Origin: Candidatus Latescibacterota bacterium
GTDB lineage: Bacteria; Latescibacterota; UBA2968; UBA8231
Assembly: GCA_965197905.1 (NCBI GenBank)
Contig: CBDAOB010000003.1
Coordinates: 64,001-128,000 of the forward strand
DNA: 64,000 nucleotides
Reading direction: 5' to 3'
Both the position numbers and the translations under genes were made by a program. Of this stretch, positions 1 through 9,373 are shown piece after piece. Below the pieces are notes generated by a model, which saw only the letters and a program-made list of their open reading frames with translations, was not told where the DNA came from and searched no databases. Within the stretch, counting starts at the first letter, position 1. Every line of letters begins with the position of its first letter.

Positions 1-619
1 ATCCCATGATCAACGTGCGCCGCTTGGTCTCATCGTTTGGCATTGAACTGTGAATACAGTTGTTGAGGTAGACTATCGCATCACCCGCCTTCAGCTCAAC
101 CGCCATCGCCCCGGGCAACGGCACGACCCCCATGCGGCGCTCGATTTTGCGCTCCTCGGCATTGTTCCGCCGCCGGTGGCTTCCAGGAATGAAATGTAGA
201 AAGCTGTCGTCGTAGAGAGGGACGTTCCACTGCAGATAACAAGGACCGTTAAGTCTGAGATCCTCCTGCAATCCATCGAGGGGCGCCATGTCGATCGGGT
301 GGACGTCGCGATGCCAGCCCGTGCCTGAGGCACACAACACGAACATTCCCAGCGGGGTCACGGCTGGCACATCCATCAACTGCTGACTGAAGCCCAGGGT
401 GCGTGCTTCGAAACAGAATTCAACCGCGTCGGCCGTCGATCCATCAACCCAGTCGGTCATGGTGAAACGGCTCTTCAGACATGACTCGGGAGCCCGTTCG
501 GCCATGCGATCGACGCTCTTGCGCAGCGGCTGGAGCTCGTCGGGTTGAATCAGGTCACGGACAATGACATAACCCAACTCCATAAGCTGCGTTCTCTGTT
601 CGTCTATGGTCGCCTTCAT
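1..619 (-). CDS. PhyH-like Fe(II)/2-oxoglutarate dioxygenase (partial, runs off the left edge; not in ORF track)
   Basis: Manual translation from ATG 619 (ATGA overlap with the upstream stop): MKATIDEQRTQLMELGYVIVRDL...GWHRDVH...QWNVPLYDD..FIPGSHRR...LKAGDAIVY..CIHS; frame stays open to base 1. Confidence 0.8.
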   Translation of the reverse strand, partial: MKATIDEQRTQLMELGYVIVRDLIQPDELQPLRKSVDRMAERAPESCLKSRFTMTDWVDGSTADAVEFCFEARTLGFSQQLMDVPAVTPLGMFVLCASGTGWHRDVHPIDMAPLDGLQEDLRLNGPCYLQWNVPLYDDSFLHFIPGSHRRRNNAEERKIERRMGVVPLPGAMAVELKAGDAIVYLNNCIHSSMPNDETKRRTLIMG

Positions 620-1560
620 AGTTCCTGCGAGGCTGAGGCAGCCGCCGCCAACTCGGCTAACTCCAGCGCCTTTCCGTAGTTGAGCCTCACTCCGTCCGCA
701 GGGGTGCCGCCCGGCGGGGCGTAGTGAGAGGCAACCGCGATGACGACATCTGCCTGATCGCGGGCGAAGGATCGGAACAAGGCGGCGTAGTCCGGATCCC
801 CGGTGCCGAGCTCGCACCACTCGAACTTGCACGATGGGCCATCTATGGTGCGCGTGTCCTTGAGGTGCAGGCTCGTCAGGTATGGCTTGAGGTTTTCATA
901 ACCGGCCGTCACCGTATCGAACTCGCTTGCAAGCATGGCATCTCCGGGACACCACTTGGCCTTGAAGCGCGGCGAATCGATCTGCTCTACAATCTCCACG
1001 TAGTGGCGGCTGGTGTTGACGTACTCCCAGGGGTGGACGCTGAGGCAGATGTCGATGTCGTACTCATCCGCGAGATCGGCGACGATGCGAAACGCCGCGA
1101 CGATCTTTTCCAGTTCCGCCGGCGGGATATGGCCGCCACCCGTGGCGTAGCGTTTGGACCAGGTCGGGCTCGGTCGCGTAAACTTGTGGAACTCGCCTGG
1201 CCAGGCGAACGTGGAGCACTGCGCGTTTGGCGATCCCACAATCTTTGCAAACGCCATGGTGCGGCGGAGATTCTCTATATCGCGCTCGAACTCCTCGTAG
1301 GTGCGAAGACCGGCGAGGTCGACCTCGTCGATGTGAAGCGTCTTGAACGGGAAGGGAGTGGCCCCTACCCCGTGGGTCTGCAGGCCGGCATCCTCCAGAA
1401 CAGCCCTGCAGTGCTTGGCGTGCTCGTCGGTCAACATGTCCTCGGAGACGAAGTACTCTACATAACGCGCCCCCAGCTCCCGTGCCACCCCCGCGGCCTC
1501 CTCGAAAGGCAGCGCGGTTTCGGCCAAGAGGACGCCCATTTTGAACTCGTAGTCGTTCAT
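616..1560 (-). CDS. Xylose-isomerase-like TIM barrel (sugar phosphate isomerase/epimerase family), atypical active site
   Basis: LHLKD and LGTGDPDY motifs; clear paralogue of 47940-48893. Confidence 0.8.
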   Translation of the reverse strand: MNDYEFKMGVLLAETALPFEEAAGVARELGARYVEYFVSEDMLTDEHAKHCRAVLEDAGLQTHGVGATPFPFKTLHIDEVDLAGLRTYEEFERDIENLRRTMAFAKIVGSPNAQCSTFAWPGEFHKFTRPSPTWSKRYATGGGHIPPAELEKIVAAFRIVADLADEYDIDICLSVHPWEYVNTSRHYVEIVEQIDSPRFKAKWCPGDAMLASEFDTVTAGYENLKPYLTSLHLKDTRTIDGPSCKFEWCELGTGDPDYAALFRSFARDQADVVIAVASHYAPPGGTPADGVRLNYGKALELAELAAAASASQEL

Positions 1561-1799
1561 TCCTTATTCTCTCCCATGAGCATCCATCGTGCCCGATGTG
1601 ATTGATAGGCTCAACCTATGATCGTGACTGGGCAGAAGCAAACGACGCACCTTCACGACGTGCGTTTGACTCGACTAGTGACGACGTTGTTTGTTCTACG
1701 GCTCGCTGAGGACGGCACCGACATGGAAGGACATCACCGAAGCATGTCAGAGGTTTCAGAAGTTCTGCACACGAAGAAGGTCTTGAGAGGGAGCCGGCG

Positions 1800-2198
1800 G
1801 TGACCTCCAACCGGATCCTGAAGTTGCTTCTTCGACTTTCGGGCAGTTCATCACTTCTGGCACTGATTTTTGTAGGAGCGCCGTATACATGGATGGACTC
1901 GATACATTCGGCACTGGGAATGGGTCAGCTTCCCGACACGCCTGTGGTTGGCTACCTTGCCAGATCTACGTCCTACTTCTACGCCTTGCTCGGTGGGCTC
2001 TTCTGGGTAGTTTCTTTCGATCTCGGCCGCCATCGTCGAGTATTAATCTACCTGGGTGCCGCCATTACAACGTTTGGTGTGGTGCTTCTTATTGTAGATT
2101 GGTCGGAAGGGATGCCGTTTTTCTGGACACTTTGGGAAGGTCCTTTCGTAACCGTGTTTGGACTTGCCATATTGTTCCTGGTTCGCGGCGTCGAATGA
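1800..2198 (+). CDS. Hypothetical membrane protein (about 4 TM)
   Basis: 132-aa ORF with four hydrophobic segments; GAGGGAG upstream of the GTG start. Confidence 0.7.
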   Translation: MTSNRILKLLLRLSGSSSLLALIFVGAPYTWMDSIHSALGMGQLPDTPVVGYLARSTSYFYALLGGLFWVVSFDLGRHRRVLIYLGAAITTFGVVLLIVDWSEGMPFFWTLWEGPFVTVFGLAILFLVRGVE

Positions 2199-2210
2199 GG
2201 TGATTCGCGG

Positions 2211-2696
2211 GTGCCATCACTTAACCAGCTTTCCTTCCCCATGGCGCTTGTGGCCGCGCTCGGTTGCGGGCTCATCGCAGGAGTCTTTTTCGCCTTTTCT
2301 ACGTTCGTAATGAAGGCTCTCTCTCGGCTATCACCCCATGAGGGGCTTGCGGCAATGCAGGCCATCAATGTGGCTGTCTTGAATCCATGGTTTCTGGGAA
2401 CATTTATTGGTACCGCCCTAGTTAGCCTTGTCGCTTCGGTTCTCTCACTGGTGCAGTGGGGGACACCGGATGCTCCTTACCTGCTGTTCGGTGGCACCGT
2501 CTATCTGCTCGGCTGCTTCCTGGTCACGATTGTATTCAACGTTCCCCGAAACGAGGCCCTAGCAACGGTCGTTCCCGGTGATCCAGAAGCAGAATCCCGA
2601 TGGACTGGGTACGTCTCCACGTGGACCACTTGGAATCATGTTCGCACGGGGGCGGCGTTTGCCGCTGCAGTCTCGTTTTGCTTTGCGCTCGGCTGA
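2211..2696 (+). CDS. DUF1772 / anthrone oxygenase family membrane protein
   Basis: GLIAGVFFAFSTFVMKAL, AMQAIN, NVPRNEAL, WTTWNHVRT motifs. Confidence 0.88.
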   Translation: MPSLNQLSFPMALVAALGCGLIAGVFFAFSTFVMKALSRLSPHEGLAAMQAINVAVLNPWFLGTFIGTALVSLVASVLSLVQWGTPDAPYLLFGGTVYLLGCFLVTIVFNVPRNEALATVVPGDPEAESRWTGYVSTWTTWNHVRTGAAFAAAVSFCFALG

Positions 2697-2805
2697 TGCA
2701 TGAGCCGAGCCCCGTTTGACCCGACTATGCCCCCGTCGCCCAGGTTGTGTCTGGCGCGGCACCTATTGAGATCGCATACAACCAATTCCCTGAGGAGCAG
2801 CGAGC

Positions 2806-4265
2806 ATGGAAGTTACTCGCGACGGTCTGGATCCTTCGGCGAAAGCATTGGCACTCAACCTCGATCAATCGATCTACGGCACCATCGCCGAGATCGGTGC
2901 CGGGCAGGAGGTGGCGCGGCGTTTTTTTGCGGTGGGTGCAAGCTCGGGGACCATCGCCAAGACGATGTCGGCCTACGACATGGCTTTCAGTGACCAGATT
3001 TACGGACCCGCCAAACGGTACGTGTCCAGAGAGCGCCTAGTGGGCATGCTCGACCACGAATTCTCCCTGCTGCTCGAGCGTCTCGGCAAATCACGGGGCG
3101 AACACACGCGTTTCTTCTCGTTTGCGAACACCGTGGCGGCTCGAAACTTCAAAGGCACCAACGAATGTCATGGGTGGATGGGTGTGCGTTTCCAATCGTC
3201 ACCGCGGCAGGCGCCGAGCGAAATAATCCTCCACGTGCGCATGCTCGATACGGCCAATATCCTCCAGCAGGAAGCGTTGGGTCTATTCGGCTTAAATATG
3301 ATCTACGGAGCCTACCACCTCTTCAACGAGCCGAGCATTTGATCGGTTCCCTCGCCGACGAACTCGGCACTGAACGCATCGAGGTGGATGTAATCGAGTT
3401 CAACGGCCCGGTTTTTACCCATGTGGACCAAAGAAAACTAAACTTGGCGCTGTTGGAACGCAGATTCACCGATGCGTTGCTCATCGGTCCCGACGCGGAA
3501 ATGAAGCTGGCTTCGGAGAAGCTACGCCGCAAACCCGTGTTGCTTCTGAGGGGAAGCTTCCGTCCGGTAACCATGGCAAACGTGGCCATGCTCGAAGCGG
3601 GCGCTCGTCAATTCGCGGAAGATGCCAGCCTTGCAGGAAACGCGCCAACGATCGTTCTGGAAATGACCATCAAGAACCTGCTCGCGCACGACCTGGCTGA
3701 GCGCAGTACGATCCTCGGTATCGCCGATTCCCTCGCCGCCCTGGGCCACTACGTGTTGATAACCGACTATCCGGAGTATTTTCGGCTGAGCAAGTACCTG
3801 CGCCGTCATACCGACGAACCGATCGCGATTCTGCTGGGCGCCAACAACCTGTTCCATCTGTTCGACGAGAATTTCTACGTCGCGCTGGAAGGCGGCATCC
3901 TCGAAGCGTTCGGACGATTGTTCAGCCACCGCGTAAATATGTACGTGTATCCCATGGCGCGGGAGCCATTCGAGAGCCACTTCGAAGCGCGCGGGATCGA
4001 TCTCGGCGAGTTGGGCATCCAGGCGGAAGCTCTGGTCACTGCTGAGAATCTACAGGTGTACCCGGATCAGCAGGAGCTCTACCACTACATGCTGCAATCC
4101 GGACTGATTCGCCCCATTACAGAGTACGACACGGCCCGCACCAAGTTGTACTCGACGACAGTTCGGGCGCAGCTGCGAGACGGGAACCCCGCCTGGAAGA
4201 CCGCTGTGCCCGCGGCGGCGGCGGCTATCATCGAGGAACAGGAACTCTTCAAACGCGACGATTGA
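2806..4265 (+). pseudogene. Conserved nucleotidyltransferase-like protein (family often labelled nicotinate-nucleotide adenylyltransferase or 'TonB-dependent receptor'), frameshifted near 3333
   Basis: N half YGTIAEIGAGQEVAR..KTMSAYDM; C half RGSFRPVT...LEGGILEAFG in another frame; restoring one base in GAG CCG AGC gives ...NEPEHLIGSL... Confidence 0.75.
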
Positions 4266-4287
4266 TGTGGTGCCCTGCCACTCTCAA

Positions 4288-4456
4288 CTACGGTATCGGT
4301 ACCAGATCGTACTTCTCACATTCTTCTTCGCCGCACCGCAGACAGTTTTTCGGATCCTCGCCACAATATTCTTCTCTCTTCTTCGTCGCTCTTGATGCCA
4401 ACGATCACCAAGAACGCCGCCAAGATAGTTAGAAGCAGCGGTAGTATATCGGCCAT
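4288..4456 (-). pseudogene. Small membrane-anchored Cys-rich protein (about 55 aa), one-base frameshift
   Basis: MADILPLLLTILAAFLVIVGIKSDEEE, then after one extra A in GAAGAAGAGAGAAGAA: EEYCGEDPKNCLRCGEEECEKYDLVPIP*. Confidence 0.55.
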
Positions 4457-4481
4457 GGCAGCTCTTTTCGTCCGATATTCA

Positions 4482-4501
4482 GATAAAAAGATAAATTTAT
4501 C
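4482..4501. promoter_or_regulatory. Putative Rrf2 operator, copy 1
   Basis: Palindrome GATAAAAAGATAAATTTATC; near-identical to the reverse complement of 4592-4611; downstream of a minus-strand TTGACG (4531-4536). Confidence 0.6.
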
Positions 4502-4560
4502 GAATTTGAATAAAAGCAGACATCCTCACTCGTCAAGTACATGACTGTAAGGAATAACAG

Positions 4561-4591
4561 TTGACATTCGACCAGAAATATCGCTTATTGT
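4561..4591 (+). promoter_or_regulatory. Putative sigma70 promoter for the Rrf2 gene
   Basis: Perfect TTGACA at 4561; TATTGT at 4586 (19-bp spacing, so the -10 is uncertain). Confidence 0.45.
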
Positions 4592-4611
4592 GATAAAAAT
4601 CTCTTTTTATC
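4592..4611. promoter_or_regulatory. Putative Rrf2 operator, copy 2
   Basis: Palindrome GATAAAAATCTCTTTTTATC directly downstream of the putative -10. Confidence 0.6.
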
Positions 4612-4637
4612 TTGTTATTTCAACCGCGGAGTAGCTC

Positions 4638-5081
4638 TTGATACTGTCCCAGACATGCCAATACGGATTGCAGGCAACGATATTTCTCGCGGTTCAGGGG
4701 GAGGCGCCGGTCCTGAGCAAGGAAATCGCCACTCAGCTGGGTATTCCGCCCCACTTTCTTGCCAAGATTCTCCAGGGCCTCTCCAAACGCGGCCTGTTGG
4801 TCTCTTTCAAGGGCCGAGGAGGCGGTTTCAAACTTTCTCGAGACCCCAACGCCATAACCCTGATGGACGTAGTGCTGGCGATAGAGGGCGAGGGGTTTGG
4901 CACTCGGTGTCTGCTGGGGCTGGCAGAATGCTCCGAAGAGGTGCCCTGTCCAATTCACTCCCAATGGAAGGTGGTCAAGGCCGCGACTCTTCGCATACTC
5001 GGCGAGCAGAGCGTCAAAGATCTGGTTGACGGCGCCTCTCGAGCCAGCCGATGGCTCCTGCCAGGGATTCCCTTGCCTTAG
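4638..5081 (+). CDS. Rrf2 family transcriptional regulator with Fe-S-type Cys motif
   Basis: FLAKILQGL..GLLVSFKGRGGGF wHTH; CLLGLAECSEEVPCPIH. Confidence 0.92.
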   Translation: MILSQTCQYGLQATIFLAVQGEAPVLSKEIATQLGIPPHFLAKILQGLSKRGLLVSFKGRGGGFKLSRDPNAITLMDVVLAIEGEGFGTRCLLGLAECSEEVPCPIHSQWKVVKAATLRILGEQSVKDLVDGASRASRWLLPGIPLP

Positions 5082-5228
5082 AATCACTGATCACCGGTGC
5101 CGCCATGACCGAACTCTTGCGTGGCAGAATGGCGGCGAGCCCGTGAATTTCTACTCAACGGGCTACCCTGGATCTACCGCTCGGCAATAAGGGAATCAGG
5201 GCTGGATCCTGCGGTAGCCGTGCCTGTC

Positions 5229-6068
5229 CTAATCGCCTCCGGCCGCCAGCTCCACAATGCGCTCGGGCGCCTGCCCGGCATACTCCACAGAGTTTGAATG
5301 GGAAGGCTCACCTCTAGGCTCGAAGTTCAACACACCCGCGTATCCGATCTCTCGCAGCTTGGCGAAAAGCTCGACCCACTGAATCTCGTCCCCCTCCACG
5401 AGAGGAGGATGGTGATCCTGACCTTTCTTGAAACCGTGCATATGAATATGGCGTAGGCGGTGCCCACACTGCTCGAGAATCTGCGTGGGGCCTCCGGGCA
5501 GGGTCATCGGATTCTGGTCGTCAGCGTTGCGCACGTGTCCGATATCCAGAATCATGCCCACCTGCGGGTGGCCCATGGCATCGAGGAATTCGACGCGGTC
5601 CTCTATCTGAGGTCCGCGAGTCGTATTTTCCACCGTGATGACCGCCTCCGTGCCTTCGATGTGCCGGGCCAACTCTTCGTAGGATTTTACCATGACATCG
5701 TCGGCATCCTTGGCGTGCGAACCCCAAAGTTTGCCGCCCTGCTCCAACATGGTGTCGATCTGGCGCCGGCAACGATCCACTCGCTCTTGGCGCTGGACCT
5801 CACCGTCAATATCGGAAAAGTTCGTCTTGAAACAGTGATAGGCTACGACTTCGACGCCGCATGCACGGCAGGATTCTCCCACCCATTTCATCGAACGCTT
5901 GTCGGACATATCGTACTGCTCGGGACTTTCGAGTAGCTCGATCCTGACGATTCCGTGGCGGACCAGCTCTTCCAGTGCACGCTCCCCGAAGGGCCGGTGT
6001 CCCCAAAACACGTAGGTCGATATGGACAGACGGTCTTTGATCTGTTGAACCGTATAGAAATCTTTCAT
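5229..6068 (-). CDS. Sugar phosphate isomerase/epimerase (xylose-isomerase-like TIM barrel)
   Basis: VEN, LDIGH, HIHMHG, HHPP, NFE motifs; start reassigned to ATG 6068 after AAAGGAG. Confidence 0.85.
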   Translation of the reverse strand: MKDFYTVQQIKDRLSISTYVFWGHRPFGERALEELVRHGIVRIELLESPEQYDMSDKRSMKWVGESCRACGVEVVAYHCFKTNFSDIDGEVQRQERVDRCRRQIDTMLEQGGKLWGSHAKDADDVMVKSYEELARHIEGTEAVITVENTTRGPQIEDRVEFLDAMGHPQVGMILDIGHVRNADDQNPMTLPGGPTQILEQCGHRLRHIHMHGFKKGQDHHPPLVEGDEIQWVELFAKLREIGYAGVLNFEPRGEPSHSNSVEYAGQAPERIVELAAGGD

Positions 6069-6069
6069 C

Positions 6070-6231
6070 GTGTCGAACTCCTTTCGGATTAGTCGCCAAA
6101 TGGCGCTGGGCGTCTTCACTATCTGCGTGCGCAATCGCGCTGATTAAGTTGCTTCCAGTGCTCTTCGATGGTTGGTTCCATGTCGAACTATGCGCGTGGT
6201 TCCGGAGCGCATCGACATGAATCGGGCTCAT
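6070..6231 (-). pseudogene. Remnant of a GntR/FadR-type regulator (N-terminus fused to an FCD-like tail)
   Basis: AGGTG RBS + MSPIHVDALRNHA, then in shifting frames FDMEPTIEEHWK and LISAIAHADSEDAQRHLA. Confidence 0.4.
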
Positions 6232-6333
6232 GGGTCACCTACCACTCATCGCGATCCGAGGAAACGATAATACCACGTCCGCAACGCACGAACAACAAGG
6301 ATTAACTGTCAAATATGCATACAGGAGGAAAAC

Positions 6334-6753
6334 GTGATATCGCGTGAGACGAGCCTAAAGAGGATAATTCTGGTGCGCGTGGCACCGGGGGAAGACATTC
6401 TGTTGGGACTGCGAAAGGCCGTAGTCGCTCACGGCATCGTGAACGGTCTCATTTTGACCGGTTTTGGTTCGGTGAGCCATTCTCACTTTCACGTGGTGAT
6501 GAGTAACGAGTTGCCGCCCAAGGAGAGCTACCCAAAGAGCATTCAGCCCCTCGATGTTTGTTCCTTCAACGGTTTCGTACTGGACGGGAGTGTGCATTGC
6601 CACATCGATTTTTCCGACGAGCGCAACGGATTCGGGGGCCATATCGAGGAGGGTACGCTGGCGCTAACCTTCGCGAACATCGCCATCGGCGAGATCGAGG
6701 ATAGCGTCAGCATTGTCGGATGGGACACGATCGCAGAGGAGGAGACTCTGTAG
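6334..6753 (+). CDS. PPC/DUF296 domain protein
   Basis: RVAPGEDIL, GFGSV, HCHIDF..GFGGHIEEG; AGGAGG RBS. Confidence 0.85.
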   Translation: MISRETSLKRIILVRVAPGEDILLGLRKAVVAHGIVNGLILTGFGSVSHSHFHVVMSNELPPKESYPKSIQPLDVCSFNGFVLDGSVHCHIDFSDERNGFGGHIEEGTLALTFANIAIGEIEDSVSIVGWDTIAEEETL

Positions 6754-6772
6754 TGGGAGGGATCGGTTCGCT

Positions 6773-7926
6773 ATGCTGAGTTCGTCCCTCCGTAACCCGA
6801 TCACATTGTTTCGCGTACCCGGTTCGTCGACCCTTCGGATTCTGGGGATCGTGCTGAGTATTCGGCTTCTGGTGGCGATCTGGACCGCCCACACCTCGGG
6901 GACCGCCCCTTTTGACGACGAGTTTGTCAACAGTTGGACTCGATGGGATGCGGAACACTACGTGTTGATTGCGGAAGACGGGTACCGTTCTCCTGACGAG
7001 TCGCCGAGCCGCCTCGAATTCGTCAGCCGATTCCCACCGCTTTTCCCTCTTGCAACCGCCGCCACCCGCGCGATCACGCCTTTATCAACGGCCGCTTCGG
7101 GAATACTGCTCTCGATCACGTTCCTGTTTCTTGGCTCCGTACTGGTCTTTCGCATCAGCTGTACTCTTTTCAAGTCGAGGGAAACAAGCTACTGGAGCGT
7201 ACTGTTTCTCAACCTTTTCCCCACCTCCTACTTTGCCAGCGCTCCATATTCTGAGGCGATGTTCCTGTTTCTCATGGCTCTCTATTATTTCCTATTAGTG
7301 GAAAGAAGACAATTCTTGGGTCCTGCCATTGTGTTCACCGCGATGATTCTAACCCGCTCAGTAGGACCTGTCCTTTATCCTGTTCACATATATTTGTTTT
7401 GGCGCGAAAGTACCAAAGGTCCGAAGGAATGGCTTGGGCTGCTCCTACCCGGAATGACGTTCTTTATGCATCTTGCCGTCGTGCATCTCGTACTCGGTAT
7501 GCCGGGTTATCTGGAATCGACCGAACGATTCAGCATACGTGTGTTCTCCAGGCTTCCTTTCAGCGAGAAACAATAGATGCGATTGATTACTTCATCGACC
7601 ATCCTGGTCACATTCAGAACGCCGATTTCATGTACGGTGTTGGCTACAACGCTCTTTTCATGATGTTGGGCGACAGGCTCTGGTGATCTACGGCCTGCGG
7701 AAACTCGACCGCCTTGTTTAATATTTTCTCGGTGACGCACCTTCTATTTCTCTCTACGATCGGTGTGATGATCAGTGGTCCAAGATTTTTCTTCGTTCAT
7801 CTTCCGGTCTTTTTTATCCTTGCTCGGATCCCATCCCGGTTGGCGAAGGTCGGCATCGCCCTATGCTCGTTGGTGGCGCTACTAGTGTTCTCTGGTCGAT
7901 TTGTGACTGGGCTGTGGACATTCTGA
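6773..7926 (+). pseudogene. GT-C / PIG-V-like mannosyltransferase membrane protein, disrupted
   Basis: RWDAEHYVLIAEDGY, FPPLFP, APYSEAMF motifs; frameshift near 7566 and further breaks near 7670-7715; final fragment ends SGPRFFF...GLWTF*. Confidence 0.7.
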
Positions 7927-8097
7927 TAGCGGGATCGCGGAGCATCGGTCAGCGTCTCTCCTGCCCGCCGATCCGTCCACAGTTGAGATTTGCGGTTAGC
8001 TTCACTTGATTAGGGGCGCTCCGCCCCCCTTCTTTGAGTGGCCACGCCGTGGTCAACGCGGATCAACAGCAATGCAACCGATGGAGGCAGCGCTTCG

Positions 8098-9354
8098 ATG
8101 GCACACGACATAGCACAGCTGAATGGTGTGAAATACCGGATTCCGGAATCCCCGGTTGCCGTCGTGTGTGTTGACGGCGGCGACCCGGAATATTTCACGG
8201 CTGCGAAGAAAGCAGATGTCATCCCCAACATCGCTCTTTTCATGGAAGAAGGGTTCAGCAGCATCGCTCACTGCGCCATTCCGAGCTTCACATGCCCCAA
8301 CAATATTTCCATCGCGACGGGCGGACCTCCCGAGGTCCATGGGATTTCGGGTAATTTCTATCTGGATCGGCAGACCGGTGAGGCGGTGGTTATGACCGGG
8401 CCCGAGCTGATGCGGTCGCGTACCGTATTCGATGTAGTTTCGAAAGCCGGCGTGAAAACCGTCGTCATCACTGCAAAGGATAAACTGCGTCAGCAGCTCG
8501 GAAAGGACCTGGATGTGAGCGCCGGCAATGCCTGCTTTTCGTCCCAACACGCAGACCGTTGCACGATGGATGAAAACGGCATCGAGCGGGCACTCGACTT
8601 CGTGGGCCAGCCGCTACCTGACATGTACTCGGAGGAATTGTCGCTGTTTGTGCTCGATGCGGGTATCAAGTTTCTCGAGCAAGATGCCCGTCCGGGTCTG
8701 CTGTATTTGTCTCTGACTGATTATGTGCAGCACAAGTATGCTCCGGATCACCCAAAAGCGATCGACTTCTATAAATCGCTGGATGATCGCTTCGCACGCC
8801 TGGTGCAGCTTGGCGCCATCATCGGCTTCGTCGCCGATCACGGGATGAAAGACAAGTGCGCCGCCGACGGCACCTACAACATCGTCTATCTCCAGGATCT
8901 TCTGGACGAGCGTTTTGGAGCGGGCAATACCAAGGTCATCTGCCCGATTACCGATGCATTTGTTGGCCATCACGGATCACTCGGCGGTTTCGTTCGCGTC
9001 CATTGTTTCGATGGCGCTCCTGTGCAGGATGTGGTCGACTTCATTCGACCAATCGAGGGCATCGATGAAGTGCTGGAGCGCGGGGCGGCGGCGACCCGGT
9101 TCGAGCTTCCGTTCGATCTCGAGGCCGATGTCGTCGTGATTTCCAGTGAGAGTTACTGTGTCGGCATGGGACGCGACGATCACGATCTCGCCGATCTGAA
9201 CGGGGAGCGCCTGCGGTCACACGGCGGCATTTCCGAGCGTGACGTGCCTTTCGTGATCAGTCGGCCTCTCAACGCGGAATACCTTGCCCGAGCGCAGTCG
9301 GAGCAGCTGAAAAACTACCACATTTTCGACTTTGCGATAAACGGCACGGCTTGA
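8098..9354 (+). CDS. phnA: Phosphonoacetate hydrolase
   Basis: VVCVDG, PSFTCPNNISI (Thr nucleophile), YLSLTDYVQHK, ADHGM, LRSHGG; GGAGG RBS. Confidence 0.9.
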   Translation: MAHDIAQLNGVKYRIPESPVAVVCVDGGDPEYFTAAKKADVIPNIALFMEEGFSSIAHCAIPSFTCPNNISIATGGPPEVHGISGNFYLDRQTGEAVVMTGPELMRSRTVFDVVSKAGVKTVVITAKDKLRQQLGKDLDVSAGNACFSSQHADRCTMDENGIERALDFVGQPLPDMYSEELSLFVLDAGIKFLEQDARPGLLYLSLTDYVQHKYAPDHPKAIDFYKSLDDRFARLVQLGAIIGFVADHGMKDKCAADGTYNIVYLQDLLDERFGAGNTKVICPITDAFVGHHGSLGGFVRVHCFDGAPVQDVVDFIRPIEGIDEVLERGAAATRFELPFDLEADVVVISSESYCVGMGRDDHDLADLNGERLRSHGGISERDVPFVISRPLNAEYLARAQSEQLKNYHIFDFAINGTA

Positions 9355-9373
9355 TCAGCAAGGAGTCGGACTC

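Noticed and set aside
1618..1803. 61-aa ORF, or a possible aminotransferase C-terminal scar (LRLA..GTDME/DITEACQRFQKFC)
   Set aside because: The similarity is short and needs a frameshift; cannot be supported without a search
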